DNA of 56,398 bases from positions 1 through 56,398 of the forward strand of contig JBMDXS010000241.1 in NCBI GenBank assembly GCA_048595045.1, in the 5' to 3' direction. How positions within the stretch are numbered: position 1 is the stretch's first letter; each line of letters starts with the position of its first letter. Made by a program: the position numbers and the translations under genes. Positions 9,392-19,839 of the stretch are shown one piece after another. This DNA comes from Acidimicrobiia bacterium (lineage in GTDB: Bacteria > Actinomycetota > Acidimicrobiia > Spongiisociales > ZC4RG35). The notes beneath the pieces are model-generated. The model saw only the letters and a program-made list of their open reading frames with translations, was not told the origin of the DNA and did not search any database.

Positions 9392-10669
9392 TCAGATCGT
9401 TCCCCCCGCCATCTCTGCGAGCACCTCCCAATACCCGGGCCAGGTCTTGGCGACAACGCCTGGGTCGGCGATCTCGATGCCGGGTATGCGAAGCCCGGCG
9501 ATGGCGAAGGACATGGCGATGCGGTGGTCACCATGCGAGTCGACGCGGCCTGCGCGGAGGGGTGCCGGCTCGATGATCAGATCGTCCCCTTCCACACTGG
9601 CCGCGGCGCCCAATCGCACCAGCTCATGAGCGGTGGCGGCGAGCCGATCGGATTCCTTGAACCGCAGCGAGCCGAGGCCTCTCAGTCGGCTCGGGCCCTG
9701 CGCGAAGAGACAGGTCACCGCGATCGCGAGGGCGCCGTCGGGTGATCCGGAGAGATCGGCATCGATCGGCCACAGAGGGCCGGACCCCCCCTCCACCGTC
9801 GTTTCTGTCTCGGTCTGAGTCACGATGCACCCCATCGAAGCGAGGACATCCGCGACTCCCATGTCCGGCTGCAGCGATGCCGAGCCCAGACCCTCGATGG
9901 TCACCTTGCCCCCTATGACGGCCGCAGCCGCCATTGGATACACCGCGGCGGAGGCGTCTGGCTCGATGGCGATGTCCACCCCTTCGTACCCGGACGGATC
10001 CACCCTGTAGCCGGGGCCATCCGGGATCGGATATGCACCGAACGCACGCATTGTGGCGATGGTCACTTCGAGATAGCGATGTGACCCCCTCAACCCCGCC
10101 GGCTCGACCCTCAGCGGGCCCGCAGCGAGGGGGGCGGCAAGCAGCAGGGCGCTGACGAACTGGCTGGTCTGACTGGAATCGACCATGACCTCTCCCCCGG
10201 GGAGTCGGCCGACGCCGACAACCGTCACGGGGAGGTGCCCACCGTCGGACATGACCTCGACACCCAGGTAGCGCAGGGCCTCCACCAGTCCTCCCATCGG
10301 CCGTTCCGGGAGGCGGTCCCTCCCCATCACGGTGGTCCGGCCCTCGACCAGGGCTCCGAGTGCGATCACCGCCCGTGCCGTCAGGCCGGAGGCACCAACA
10401 TCGAGGACGCCCTCGGGTGCGATGAGGCGCCCGCCGGTCCCCTCGACAGTCCACACGTCGCCGTCGACCGAGATCGCCCCTCCCAGCCCCTCCAGCGCGG
10501 CAGATGCGAACCCGGTGTCATCGGAGACGAGTGCCCCGCTGAGCCGGGATCGGCCGCGAGCCAGCGTGGAGATGACCAGGGCGCGAATGGTCTGGGACTT
10601 GGATCCGGGAGGGCGGACCGATGCCTCGATCGGCCCTCGGGCGGGCTCGACGCCGATGTGCCCGGTCAT
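9392..10669 (-). CDS. aroA: 3-phosphoshikimate 1-carboxyvinyltransferase (EPSP synthase)
   Basis: PGSKS, ERPMG, SQFVSALL, LRFKESDRL, HGDHRIAM, KTWP. Confidence 0.96.
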   Translation of the reverse strand: MTGHIGVEPARGPIEASVRPPGSKSQTIRALVISTLARGRSRLSGALVSDDTGFASAALEGLGGAISVDGDVWTVEGTGGRLIAPEGVLDVGASGLTARAVIALGALVEGRTTVMGRDRLPERPMGGLVEALRYLGVEVMSDGGHLPVTVVGVGRLPGGEVMVDSSQTSQFVSALLLAAPLAAGPLRVEPAGLRGSHRYLEVTIATMRAFGAYPIPDGPGYRVDPSGYEGVDIAIEPDASAAVYPMAAAAVIGGKVTIEGLGSASLQPDMGVADVLASMGCIVTQTETETTVEGGSGPLWPIDADLSGSPDGALAIAVTCLFAQGPSRLRGLGSLRFKESDRLAATAHELVRLGAAASVEGDDLIIEPAPLRAGRVDSHGDHRIAMSFAIAGLRIPGIEIADPGVVAKTWPGYWEVLAEMAGGTI

Positions 10670-11427
10670 CGCCCCTCCGGGGCGCCGGAGGCGAGCAGGT
10701 CGCGAATCTCGCCCGGGGAAAGACGACGTGACTCACCCGGTTTGAGGGATCGATCCGAGATGGGCCCGATCGCGGTTCGCACCAGGCGCCGCACCGGATA
10801 CTGGAGGACTTCGAACATGCGTCGGACCTCACGGTTACGGCCCTCCCCCAGGCTGAGTTCGATCAATGTCGATTCCCTTTGCCCCCCGACCACCCGCCTC
10901 GACGATCCCTCCCGGCCCACCACACGCGCCGAGACGGCGCGGGCCGGGCCGTCGTCCAGATCCACCCCGTCGAGGAGCGAACGGATGTCCTTCTTTCCCG
11001 GGCTGCCCTCGACCAGTGCGACATAGGTCTTCAGGATCCCATATCTGGGATGGGTCACCCTGTTGGCGAGCTCGCCGTCGTTGGTCAGGAGAATGAGGCC
11101 CTCCGAGTCATAATCGAGACGACCGACCGGATACAGACGCACGCTGCTGTCGACCAGGTCGACCACGGTTGGTCTGCCCTCGGGGTCGGCCACCGACGAG
11201 ATGACGCCGAATGGCTTGTACAGCAGGTGCGTCTCCAGATCGGGGTTGACCGGGATGGGCGCCCCGTCCAGCTCCACCGTCTGCGATTCGACATCAACGC
11301 GGTCACCCAGGTTGGCGGTGGCGCCGTCGACACTGACCCGGCCTTGCCTGATCATGTCCTCGGCGGCACGTCGTGACATCAAGCCGGCGGCGGCGATTGC
11401 TTTTTGGACGCGGATCGAATCCGCCAC
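10666..11427 (-). CDS. rluB: rRNA pseudouridine synthase, RluB/RsuA family
   Basis: S4 domain (RVQKAIAAAGLMSRR), YPVGRLDYDSEGL, EGRNREVRRM; follows scpB. Confidence 0.9.
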   Translation of the reverse strand: MADSIRVQKAIAAAGLMSRRAAEDMIRQGRVSVDGATANLGDRVDVESQTVELDGAPIPVNPDLETHLLYKPFGVISSVADPEGRPTVVDLVDSSVRLYPVGRLDYDSEGLILLTNDGELANRVTHPRYGILKTYVALVEGSPGKKDIRSLLDGVDLDDGPARAVSARVVGREGSSRRVVGGQRESTLIELSLGEGRNREVRRMFEVLQYPVRRLVRTAIGPISDRSLKPGESRRLSPGEIRDLLASGAPEGR

Positions 11428-11432
11428 AGCAA

Positions 11433-12002
11433 TCAGGGGTGCCCGGGGCGGAGAGTCTCCTCGAGCGCTTCCACGGTGTCAGGGGGCGGGATATGGTCGG
11501 CGAGGGGGGGCAGACCGGCCAATGTCATGAGCCCCATCTTCTCCAAGAAGAGGTCGGTGGTCACATATACGGCCGGGTTGCCCGGGATGCTGAGACGCTC
11601 TCTCTCCTCCACCAGCCCCAGCCGCTCGAGGGTCCGAACGGCCGAGTCGGAGTCGACTCCCCGGATCTCGGAGATCTGGGCTCGGGCTACCGGTTGGCGA
11701 TAGGCGATGACCGAGAGCGTCTCCAGGGCCGCCGGCGAGAGCTTGCGTGCCGTGGCCGAGGCAGAGAATCTCTCGAGGAACGGGTACGCCTCGGGATGGC
11801 TGTACAACCTCCAGCCGCCCGCGACCTCTCGCAGCATCAGACCGGACTCACGCTCGGCCAACTCCAAGCCCAGCTCGCTGAGAAGGTCTTCCACCCGCCC
11901 TTTCGGCAACTCCAGGACCTCGGCCAGCTCGCCCAAAGGCACGGGAGCCTCGGTCACGAAGAGGACGGCCTCGAGGGCAGCCAGGTCCCTCAAGATGCCC
12001 AC
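11433..12002 (-). CDS. scpB: SMC-ScpAB complex subunit ScpB
   Basis: LEAVLF, LREVAGGW, LSPAALETLSVIAYRQPV, IRGVDS. Start is GTG 12002 or TTG 11993; the longer ORF-track start overlaps scpA. Confidence 0.95.
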   Translation of the reverse strand: MGILRDLAALEAVLFVTEAPVPLGELAEVLELPKGRVEDLLSELGLELAERESGLMLREVAGGWRLYSHPEAYPFLERFSASATARKLSPAALETLSVIAYRQPVARAQISEIRGVDSDSAVRTLERLGLVEERERLSIPGNPAVYVTTDLFLEKMGLMTLAGLPPLADHIPPPDTVEALEETLRPGHP

Positions 12003-12751
12003 TCCGAACTGAAAGCGGCGCTGGGGTCGCCCCGATGCGCGACGACGATGTCGGCGAGCCAGTCCTCCTGTGACACGGTGATCAACCCCCACCGTGCCAG
12101 CTCGAGCACGGCCAGGAAATAGGCCGCGACCTCGACCGGCCGGGAGCAATGGGCGGTGAGATCCCCGAATGTGGCCAAGCTCAGATCGGATACCCGGGCT
12201 CGTAGCTCGTCGATCGCTGCTTCGACCGAGGGCAGATCGAGGTCCAGATGGTCCAGATCGGGTTCCGCCGCCTGGCGCGAGAAGACCCGGTAAGCCATGG
12301 CCGCCATCTCATCCATGCCGATTGGGATGGCCAGGTCCTGGGGTCGGGGGGAAATCACCTGGTCCAACCCGCTGACCCTCGGGACGAAGCGGTTCGTGTC
12401 CTGGATCCGGCGTTGCAGAACCGCGGCAACGTCCTTGAAGGTGACACACACCAGCAATCGCGAGAGCAGACGATCTCGCTCCTCCATAAGGGTCAGCTCC
12501 TCGTCCAGTTCGAGATCACCACGACCGGGGAGCAGAGATTGGGCCTTGAGCTGGATGAGCGTGGCCGCGATCAGGAGGAACTCAGAGGTCACCTCCAGGT
12601 CGAGATCCTTCATCTCCTCGAGAAAGGAGAGATACTCACCTACGACGTCCGTCAGACCCACTGCAGTGACCTCCACCTGATGCTTGGTGATCAATTGGAG
12701 GAGGAGGTCGAGCGGGCCCTCGAACACTGTTGTCTTGACGTGGAACGTCAT
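11990..12751 (-). CDS. scpA: Segregation and condensation protein A (kleisin)
   Basis: MTFHVKTTVFEGPLDLLLQLI, EFLLIAATLIQLK, YFLAVLEL. Start trimmed to ATG 12751. Confidence 0.96.
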   Translation of the reverse strand: MTFHVKTTVFEGPLDLLLQLITKHQVEVTAVGLTDVVGEYLSFLEEMKDLDLEVTSEFLLIAATLIQLKAQSLLPGRGDLELDEELTLMEERDRLLSRLLVCVTFKDVAAVLQRRIQDTNRFVPRVSGLDQVISPRPQDLAIPIGMDEMAAMAYRVFSRQAAEPDLDHLDLDLPSVEAAIDELRARVSDLSLATFGDLTAHCSRPVEVAAYFLAVLELARWGLITVSQEDWLADIVVAHRGDPSAAFSSEWAS

Positions 12752-12764
12752 CGGCGTGCCCAGG

Positions 12765-13271
12765 TTATTCCACCGCTCTCTTTCGCTCGGTCTTTGCCGG
12801 CTGGTCCGCGAGCAGGAGGGCCTGCCACGTTGGCTCCGGGACCGCCGGAGGACGATCACCGTGATGATGGCGAGCGAACTCGACCACCAACGGCTCCGAC
12901 CCGAGGGCGGCCAACTCACTCGCTCCGGTGAGGCCGTGATCCCTGTACAACCGCCACCGCTTGGTCAGTGGAAGCCTCGTCTTTATCACCAGCGAGGCGA
13001 TGCTGCGTCCGATCACCCCGAGACGCGCATGGCGCTTCCCGATGTCGTGGAGCAGGGCCGCCCTCATCCCGGTTGGGCCGAGGCCGGCGTCGCGAGCCAC
13101 CAGGGCGGCCTGGTACCCGTGACGCTGATCGGGTGTCGTCTGCGAGAAGAACAACCAGGCTTGCGCCGGGCTCAGCCAGGACTCGACCTCCATGACCTCC
13201 TCCGACCGCAGCGGTTGCGCGTAGAGAACCTCGAAGAACCGCGAGGTGAGATGGCCCAGTGACCCGGGCAC
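12765..13271 (-). CDS. Small HD-domain metal-dependent phosphohydrolase
   Basis: DQRHG...ALLHDIGK...HG...HHH...LLAD pattern typical of the HD superfamily. Confidence 0.8.
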   Translation of the reverse strand: MPGSLGHLTSRFFEVLYAQPLRSEEVMEVESWLSPAQAWLFFSQTTPDQRHGYQAALVARDAGLGPTGMRAALLHDIGKRHARLGVIGRSIASLVIKTRLPLTKRWRLYRDHGLTGASELAALGSEPLVVEFARHHHGDRPPAVPEPTWQALLLADQPAKTERKRAVE

Positions 13272-13274
13272 GCG

Positions 13275-13631
13275 CTAGCGGCCCGCGGCCTTTGTCTTGC
13301 AGTCGATGCAGCGGATCGATTCGGGCCGCGCCTCGAGACGAGCCGACGAGATCTCCTTGCCACAGTCCTCACAGATCCCGTAGGTTCCGGATGCGACCTT
13401 CGCCAGGGCACGATCGACGTTCTCGAGCTGGGCCTTCAAGGTTTCGACCACCCCGAGGACCTCCGTCCTCTCGGCGGTAACCGCGGCCGCATCGGCAAAG
13501 CTCCCTCCAAAGTCGATGTCGGCGTTCAGGTCACCCGATTCGGCCGCGCCGAGGTCGGCCAGCTGGTGAACGAGATGCTCGCGCTGGTCACGAAGGGCCT
13601 TCTCGGCACCGGCGATGTCGAACGTTGTCAT
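13275..13631 (-). CDS. TraR/DksA C4-type zinc finger protein
   Basis: Coiled coil followed by GTYGICEDCGKEISSARLEARPESIRCIDC; ATG overlaps the xerD TGA. Confidence 0.92.
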   Translation of the reverse strand: MTTFDIAGAEKALRDQREHLVHQLADLGAAESGDLNADIDFGGSFADAAAVTAERTEVLGVVETLKAQLENVDRALAKVASGTYGICEDCGKEISSARLEARPESIRCIDCKTKAAGR

Positions 13632-14524
13632 TTACTCCTCGGGTGGGCCTGGACGTAGATCTCGACGAGATGGGCAGGACTGACCTTCGTGTAGATCTGG
13701 GTTGTCGAGATCGTAGCGTGACCCAGGATCTCTTGTACGGTCCGCAGGTCCGCCCCGGCCTCGACCATGTGTGTGGCTGCCGAGTGTCGCAGCACATGAG
13801 GTGACACCTCGTCGCCTTCGATCCCGGCACGTCGGGCGTTGGCTCTGACGACGTCGAAGGCGCCCTGGCGGCTGAGACGGCGACCCCTGAGGTTCAGGAA
13901 GACAGGGTCACCCCGCTGTCCTCGCCTCACCAGTGAGAGCCGGTCCGGCAGCCATCTCGACAGCGCAGTGACCGCCTTCCCGCCGATGGGAACCAGACGC
14001 TGTTTGGCGCCCTTCCCGGTCACCAGCACGACACGATCATCGAGATCGAGGTGGCCGAGATCGACGCCGACGGCCTCCGAGACCCGGGCGCCCGTGGCAT
14101 AGAGGAACTCGAGAAGCGCGGAATCACGTCTCCCTTTGAGTGAGCCTGGGTCGGGCGCCTCGACCAGCGCTATCGCCTGGTCGACAGTGAGTGCCTTGGG
14201 GAAGGGCTCGGGGCGGCGTGGAGACTCGAGTAAGAGGGTCGGATCCGATCGACGGAGCCCCTCCACCACCATGAACCGGTGCAGCCCTCTGATTGCGGCG
14301 AGCTTGCGCCCCACCGTCGAAGAGGCCAGATCGGCAGACCTCAGATGTGTCACATAGCGCTCGACTGAGACCTGGTCGGGCTCTGCTCCCTCCAGGTACG
14401 CCAGGTATTGACTCAGGTCTCGCCGGTAGGCCTGGATCGTGTTGGCGGAGAGCCCCCGTTCGACGTCGAGGGCGAGGAGGTATTCGTCGATGCCCTCGGA
14501 CAGGGTCGGGCGGGCCGGGCTCAA
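13628..14524 (-). CDS. xerD: Site-specific tyrosine recombinase XerD
   Basis: LSANTIQAYRRDL, LYATGARVSE, GKGAKQR, SPHVLRHS, LGHATISTTQIYT; conserved ald-xerD-scpAB context. Confidence 0.93.
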   Translation of the reverse strand: MSPARPTLSEGIDEYLLALDVERGLSANTIQAYRRDLSQYLAYLEGAEPDQVSVERYVTHLRSADLASSTVGRKLAAIRGLHRFMVVEGLRRSDPTLLLESPRRPEPFPKALTVDQAIALVEAPDPGSLKGRRDSALLEFLYATGARVSEAVGVDLGHLDLDDRVVLVTGKGAKQRLVPIGGKAVTALSRWLPDRLSLVRRGQRGDPVFLNLRGRRLSRQGAFDVVRANARRAGIEGDEVSPHVLRHSAATHMVEAGADLRTVQEILGHATISTTQIYTKVSPAHLVEIYVQAHPRSK

Positions 14525-15642
14525 ACCGAGGCGAGCGCCTCACGTGGCGGGACGTGAGCAACTCCCAGGCTCTCGGCGACGGCTGGGTGACAGACCGCCT
14601 CGCCCACGACATTGATGCCGGCGACGAGCTCGGGGTGCGCTTCAAGGGCACCGGTTACACCGTGATTGGCCAGACTCACCGCGTAGCGCAGGGTGGCGTT
14701 GGTGAGGGCGTAAGTCGAGGTGTGTGGGACTGCGCCAGGGATGTTGCCCACCGCGTAGTGGACGACGTCATGGACCTGATAGACGGGGTCGGTGTGGGTG
14801 GTCTCGCGCGAGGTGGCGAAACAGCCGCCCTGATCGATGGCGACGTCAACGAGGACCGCGCCCCGCTTCATCGCCCTGACCATGTCCTCTGTCACCAGCT
14901 TTGGTGCCGAAGCGCCGGGCACGAGCACGGTTCCGATGACGAGATCAGCATCCAGCACCTCCTGTTCCAGGGTCAACCGGTTGGAGTGGAGCGTCCTCAC
15001 CCGTCCCAGGTAGAGCGCATCCAGTGTGCGCAGCTTGCCGATGTCTGTGTCGAGCACGGCGACGTCCGACTGCATGCCGACCGCGATCACTGCAGAGTTC
15101 GACCCGGCGATGCCGCCTCCGATCACGACGACCTTACCCGCCCTGACGCCGGTGACCCCACCGAGCAGGACGCCCCGACCCCCTTCACCCTTGCCCAGGA
15201 AGTAGGCCCCCACCTGGGTGGCCATCCGGCCGGCGATCTCCGACATCGGGGCGAGCAGGGGAAGAGACCGGTCCGGGAGCTGCACCGTCTCATAGGCGAT
15301 GGCTACAACGCCGGCTCCGAGCAGGCCGGCGGCCAGCTTGGGATAGGCGGCGAGATGGAGATAGGTGAACAGGACCTGCCCGGGCCGGAGCATCTCGACC
15401 TCAGGCGGTTGCGGCTCTTTCACCTTGAGGATCAAGTCGGCCTCGCCAAACACGTCCTCAGGTATGGGGACGATGGTTCCTCCCTGAGCCTCGAACTCCT
15501 CGTCGGGGATCGACGAGCCTTCCCCGGCTCCCTTTTGGATGAGCACCGTGTGGCCCCGCTCGGTCAGCTCGCGGGTACCCACCGGGGTGATCGCGACACG
15601 ATGCTCTTCGGTCTTCGTCTCCTTGGGGACACCCACGATCAA
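14521..15642 (-). CDS. ald: Alanine dehydrogenase
   Basis: GVPKE, LFTYLHLAA, LLAPMSEIAGR, VDVAIDQGGC, NIPGAVPHTSTYALTN; GGAGG SD. Confidence 0.98.
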   Translation of the reverse strand: MIVGVPKETKTEEHRVAITPVGTRELTERGHTVLIQKGAGEGSSIPDEEFEAQGGTIVPIPEDVFGEADLILKVKEPQPPEVEMLRPGQVLFTYLHLAAYPKLAAGLLGAGVVAIAYETVQLPDRSLPLLAPMSEIAGRMATQVGAYFLGKGEGGRGVLLGGVTGVRAGKVVVIGGGIAGSNSAVIAVGMQSDVAVLDTDIGKLRTLDALYLGRVRTLHSNRLTLEQEVLDADLVIGTVLVPGASAPKLVTEDMVRAMKRGAVLVDVAIDQGGCFATSRETTHTDPVYQVHDVVHYAVGNIPGAVPHTSTYALTNATLRYAVSLANHGVTGALEAHPELVAGINVVGEAVCHPAVAESLGVAHVPPREALASV

Positions 15643-15706
15643 GGCTGGACCTCCCTCGTTCCTGGCCTGATTCGTGCCAGGCTATCCGCCCCGGCCAGAC
15701 CCTGCC

Positions 15707-17428
15707 TCACTCGATGGTGAGATCCACGGCCTCGGCAGGGGAAGCGACGCGTGTGCCGCGCGCGGCTGCCGCCTGGACCAGTCCGGCGAACAGCGGGTGC
15801 GGGGAATCGGGTCGGGACCGGAACTCCGGATGAGCCTGGGTCCCGATGAAGTATGGATGGTCGACGAGCTCGATGTACTCGACGAGGCTGTCGTCGGGTG
15901 AGACGCCGGAGAGCCTCATCCCGGCCTTCTCCAGGTCCTTGCGGTAGCGGTTGTTCACCTCCCACCGATGGCGATGCCTCTCGTAGACGAGTTCCTGCCC
16001 GTAGAGATCACGGACCTTGGAGCCTTCGGCGAGCTTGGCCGCGTAGAGCCCCAGCCGCATCGTCCCTCCCTTGTCTTCGACATCTTCTTGACTGGCCATC
16101 AGGTCGATCACGGGATGAGGCGTCGTCGGGTCGAATTCTGTGCTGTTGGCATCAGGGAGGCCGAGCGCGTTGCGGGCGAACTCGATAACCGAGCATTGCA
16201 GGCCCAGGCAGAGCCCGAGCAACGGGACCCCATTCTCACGAGCGAATCGGATCGCCTGCACCTTGCCTTCCACCCCCCGGTAGCCGAAGCCACCCGGTAT
16301 GACTATCCCATCGAGGTCCTCGAGATAGGAGTCGGCGAGCAACCCGGTCAGCTCGTCGCTCGGCACCCAGACGAGATCGAGCTTCAGGCCTTGCCCCGCG
16401 GCGGCGTGACGTAGGGCCTCGGCCACAGACAGATACGCGTCGGGCAGCCCGACGTACTTGCCGACGATCCCGATCCGCACACTCTCCGTCGCCGACAGGG
16501 CCTTGTCGACCATCGCCCGCCACCCATCGAGGTTGGGAGGTCCGGTGACCAGGCCGAGCCGGTCACAGACCACGGCGTCCAGGCCGCCATCATGGAGTTG
16601 CAGGGGCACCTCGTAGATATCGCGAGCGTCCGGAGCGGCGATCACAGCGCGCGGTTGGACGTCGCAGAACAGACTGATCTTCTTCCTGACCCCCTCGTCT
16701 ATCTCGCGGTCGGAGCGGACCACGATGACGTCAGGGGATATGCCCTTGCTCCTCAGCTCGGCCACCGAGTGCTGGGTGGGTTTGGTCTTGAGCTCCTCCG
16801 ACGTGGCGATGTAAGGCACGAGAGTGACATGGACGAACATGACATTCTCCCTGCCCACATCGTTGCCGAACTGACGGATGGCCTCGAGGAAAGGCAGACT
16901 CTCGATATCACCGACGGTCCCGCCGACCTCGGTGATGACAACGTCCACGTCCTGTTCCCCGACCCGGCGGATCCGGTCTTTGATCTCATTGGTCACATGC
17001 GGGATCACCTGAACCGTGTCGCCCAGGTAGTCGCCCCGTCGCTCCTTCTGGATGACGGAGAGATACACCGACCCGGAGGTCACATTCGAGGTTCGCTTCA
17101 GGTTCTCACCGGTGAACCTCTCGTAATGCCCGAGGTCGAGGTCGGTTTCCCCCCCGTCGTCGGTGACGAACACCTCCCCGTGTTGGAAGGGATTCATCGT
17201 CCCCGGATCAACGTTGATGTACGGATCGAGCTTCTGGTTCACCACTCGAAGGCCTCGTGACTTGAGAAGGCGGCCCAGAGAGGAGGCGGCAATTCCTTTG
17301 CCCAGGCTGGACACCACACCACCGGTGACAAAAACGAACTTGGTGGGGGTCGGCGGGCCGGTGGTGTCCTCAGGGTGCTCGGTGACGATGCTTGGAGTGG
17401 GATCTGAGTTGAAAAGTGGCCCGTCCAT
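15707..17428 (-). CDS. pyrG: CTP synthase
   Basis: [45 protein letters not shown]. Start uncertain (ATG 17428 chosen). Confidence 0.98.
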   Translation of the reverse strand: MDGPLFNSDPTPSIVTEHPEDTTGPPTPTKFVFVTGGVVSSLGKGIAASSLGRLLKSRGLRVVNQKLDPYINVDPGTMNPFQHGEVFVTDDGGETDLDLGHYERFTGENLKRTSNVTSGSVYLSVIQKERRGDYLGDTVQVIPHVTNEIKDRIRRVGEQDVDVVITEVGGTVGDIESLPFLEAIRQFGNDVGRENVMFVHVTLVPYIATSEELKTKPTQHSVAELRSKGISPDVIVVRSDREIDEGVRKKISLFCDVQPRAVIAAPDARDIYEVPLQLHDGGLDAVVCDRLGLVTGPPNLDGWRAMVDKALSATESVRIGIVGKYVGLPDAYLSVAEALRHAAAGQGLKLDLVWVPSDELTGLLADSYLEDLDGIVIPGGFGYRGVEGKVQAIRFARENGVPLLGLCLGLQCSVIEFARNALGLPDANSTEFDPTTPHPVIDLMASQEDVEDKGGTMRLGLYAAKLAEGSKVRDLYGQELVYERHRHRWEVNNRYRKDLEKAGMRLSGVSPDDSLVEYIELVDHPYFIGTQAHPEFRSRPDSPHPLFAGLVQAAAARGTRVASPAEAVDLTIE

Positions 17429-17470
17429 GACGGAATGCCAATGTAGCACCGCTGACGGCCGGAGCCGGAA

Positions 17471-19063
17471 TCAACCCCGATGTGCTCCCTCGAGCAGCTC
17501 GGCGGCGGCGTCCCGCCCCCGCTCGCTGTCGGGAAGACCGGCCAGCATCCGTGACAGCTCGGTGAGCCGGCTCTCCCCGTCCACCAGACGCACCTCTGCT
17601 CGCGGCCCCGCCCGCTCCACCACGTAGTGCGTGGTGGCGTAGGCCGCGACCTGCGGGAGATGGGTGACACAGAGCACCTGGGTGCCGCCGGCAAGTTCGG
17701 CGAGTTTGCGTCCAAGGGCAAGGGCGGTCGCACCCCCCACGCCGGCATCGATCTCGTCGAACACGATCGTGCCTCCGGGCGACCTGGTGGCAAGACGCAA
17801 TGCCAGCATCAACCGCGACAGCTCGCCGCCGGAAGCGACTTCCTCGATGGGCCCAGGCGCCAGCCGGTCGTCGGAGGCGAATGACATGGTCACCCGGTCG
17901 GCTCCCGACCTGCCCGGAGCCTGAGGCTGGATCTCGATGCTCAACTGAGCAGCGGGAAGCCCCAACTCGGTGAGATGGGCCTTGGCCTCGTGTTCGATCA
18001 GATCTGAGGCATCGCGGCGGGCCGAACTCAGATCGGCGCCGATGCGCGCCAGGTCAGCCTCCAGCCCCGCAACCACTCCTCCGATGGTCGAGGCTTGGGC
18101 CAGTAGGGACTCCAACTCCGTGACACGCAGAGAGGCATCCTTCCCGAACTGGAGCACCTCATCGAGGGTGCGGCCGTATTTTCGCTTCAGATCGCCGAGA
18201 AGGGTCAGCCTCTCCTCCAGCTCGAGAAGAGCTTGCGGGTCCTCCTCGACGGTCTCGGCGAGCAGGCGAACCATTCGATGTAGATCGTGAGCACGGGCAT
18301 CGACTTCCTCCGCGACCTCCGACTGCTCGGAGAACGCGGGATCGATCCCGGCAAGCTTTCTGAGGGTGGACACCACTTCCCCGGCGCCCGAGGTGATCCC
18401 ATCCAGCTGACTCAGAACAGCGAGCAGGTGCTCACGGATCGTTGCGGCGTTCCTCAGGCGGGCCGCGATCGATTCCATGCGCAGGTCGTCCCCTTCCCCC
18501 AGCCCGGCGGCGGCGATCTCTCTCGCCTGGTGTCTGAGGAGATCGAGCTCCCGCTCGAGGGCCATGCTGTCACCACCCAGCCGGCGCTGATCGCTGAGGG
18601 CATCCCGATAGCGGCCCCATGTCTCTCGGTAGGACGCACGAGCCCGTTTGCCCTCCGCATCGAGTCTGGCGTCGACGATCTCGAGAATCGCCTGCGGGGA
18701 TTTCAGCGCCAGCCGATCGTGCTGGCCGACGATGTCGACCAGGTTGCCGATCTTCTCCCCCAGTGTGGGTGCTGAGATGACATTTCCGTTCACATAGGCC
18801 CGGCTCTTCCCCACCCGTGGCACCACCCTGGTCACACCTACCTCGTCATCGTCGTCGCCCAAGAGGCCTTCTGCGATCGCCTCCTCGGCAAACGGCCCGA
18901 CCGAAGCAGTCTTCGCCTTCTCACCTCCGAGCAGACGCAATGCCCCGAGCAGCATCGTCTTTCCCGCCCCGGTCTCGCCGGTGACGACGGTGAAGCCCCG
19001 GTCCGGGGCTATGGCGGCATCCTCCAGGACACCGAGATTCCTGACACGCAAGTGATGAAGCAT
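17471..19063 (-). CDS. recN: DNA repair protein RecN
   Basis: TGETGAGKT, coiled coil, ASGGELSR, FDEIDAGVGG, VTHLPQVAA. Confidence 0.97.
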   Translation of the reverse strand: MLHHLRVRNLGVLEDAAIAPDRGFTVVTGETGAGKTMLLGALRLLGGEKAKTASVGPFAEEAIAEGLLGDDDDEVGVTRVVPRVGKSRAYVNGNVISAPTLGEKIGNLVDIVGQHDRLALKSPQAILEIVDARLDAEGKRARASYRETWGRYRDALSDQRRLGGDSMALERELDLLRHQAREIAAAGLGEGDDLRMESIAARLRNAATIREHLLAVLSQLDGITSGAGEVVSTLRKLAGIDPAFSEQSEVAEEVDARAHDLHRMVRLLAETVEEDPQALLELEERLTLLGDLKRKYGRTLDEVLQFGKDASLRVTELESLLAQASTIGGVVAGLEADLARIGADLSSARRDASDLIEHEAKAHLTELGLPAAQLSIEIQPQAPGRSGADRVTMSFASDDRLAPGPIEEVASGGELSRLMLALRLATRSPGGTIVFDEIDAGVGGATALALGRKLAELAGGTQVLCVTHLPQVAAYATTHYVVERAGPRAEVRLVDGESRLTELSRMLAGLPDSERGRDAAAELLEGAHRG

Positions 19064-19839
19064 CAGACGAGACCGAACTTGTCTCTCACCAGTCGGGTGA
19101 AGGACCGCTCCCCAAAGCGCACGAAGCGGACCGGGCGCTCACCTTGTTCGATCTCGACGGTGCGACCGGCGGTCAGATGACCCATGTCGATCTTGTCCAC
19201 CGTCACCTTCACCGGACGGTCGCGCTGTACGACGATCGAGAGCCTGCTGGCAGCCGGGAGCACCAGTGTTCGGTCGAACAGTGAATGCGCGGCCACCGGC
19301 GTCAGGATCATCGCGTTGAGCACCGGGTCGACCAGCGGGCCCCGTGCAGAGAAGGAGTAGGCGGTGGAACCGGTGGGTGTGGCGACTATCAGCCCATCGG
19401 CCCGGTAGGTGACGAAGCGCTCCCCGTCTACTGCAACGTCGAGGTGGATCAAGCGCTGGCTGTCGACCTTCTCCACCACGACGTCGTTCACACCCGTGGC
19501 GGTCTGGCCTGCCACTGTCGCCCTGATGGTCATCCGCTGTTCCGTCTGGTAGTCGCCCCGGATCAGACGCTCGAGCACCCATTCCAGATCCTCAGGCTCG
19601 GCTACTGCAAGAAATCCCATGGTGCCGAGGTTGAACCCGAGCACGGGAACATCGTGGGTGAGGGCGCGCTGCACCGCGGCCAGGACAGTCCCGTCTCCAC
19701 CAACAGCGACGATCAGGTCGGGCTTCTCACCTCCGTCTTCCACAACCTCACCCCCGACCGAGGCGATCGAAGCGCGCAGCTTCTCCGAGAACACCAGGGC
19801 GTTCTCGGGGCCTTGCCGCACCTCGAGAGCGAACTTCAT
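19063..19839 (-). CDS. nadK: NAD kinase
   Basis: GGDGT, NLGTMGFL, DGLIVATPTGSTAYS; between tlyA and recN. Confidence 0.97.
   Translation of the reverse strand: MKFALEVRQGPENALVFSEKLRASIASVGGEVVEDGGEKPDLIVAVGGDGTVLAAVQRALTHDVPVLGFNLGTMGFLAVAEPEDLEWVLERLIRGDYQTEQRMTIRATVAGQTATGVNDVVVEKVDSQRLIHLDVAVDGERFVTYRADGLIVATPTGSTAYSFSARGPLVDPVLNAMILTPVAAHSLFDRTLVLPAASRLSIVVQRDRPVKVTVDKIDMGHLTAGRTVEIEQGERPVRFVRFGERSFTRLVRDKFGLV

Noticed and set aside
13628-14524. Tyrosine recombinase as a possible phage or island integrase
   Set aside because: Length, N-terminal motif and the ald-xerD-scpAB context indicate housekeeping XerD; no att sites or mobile genes are nearby.
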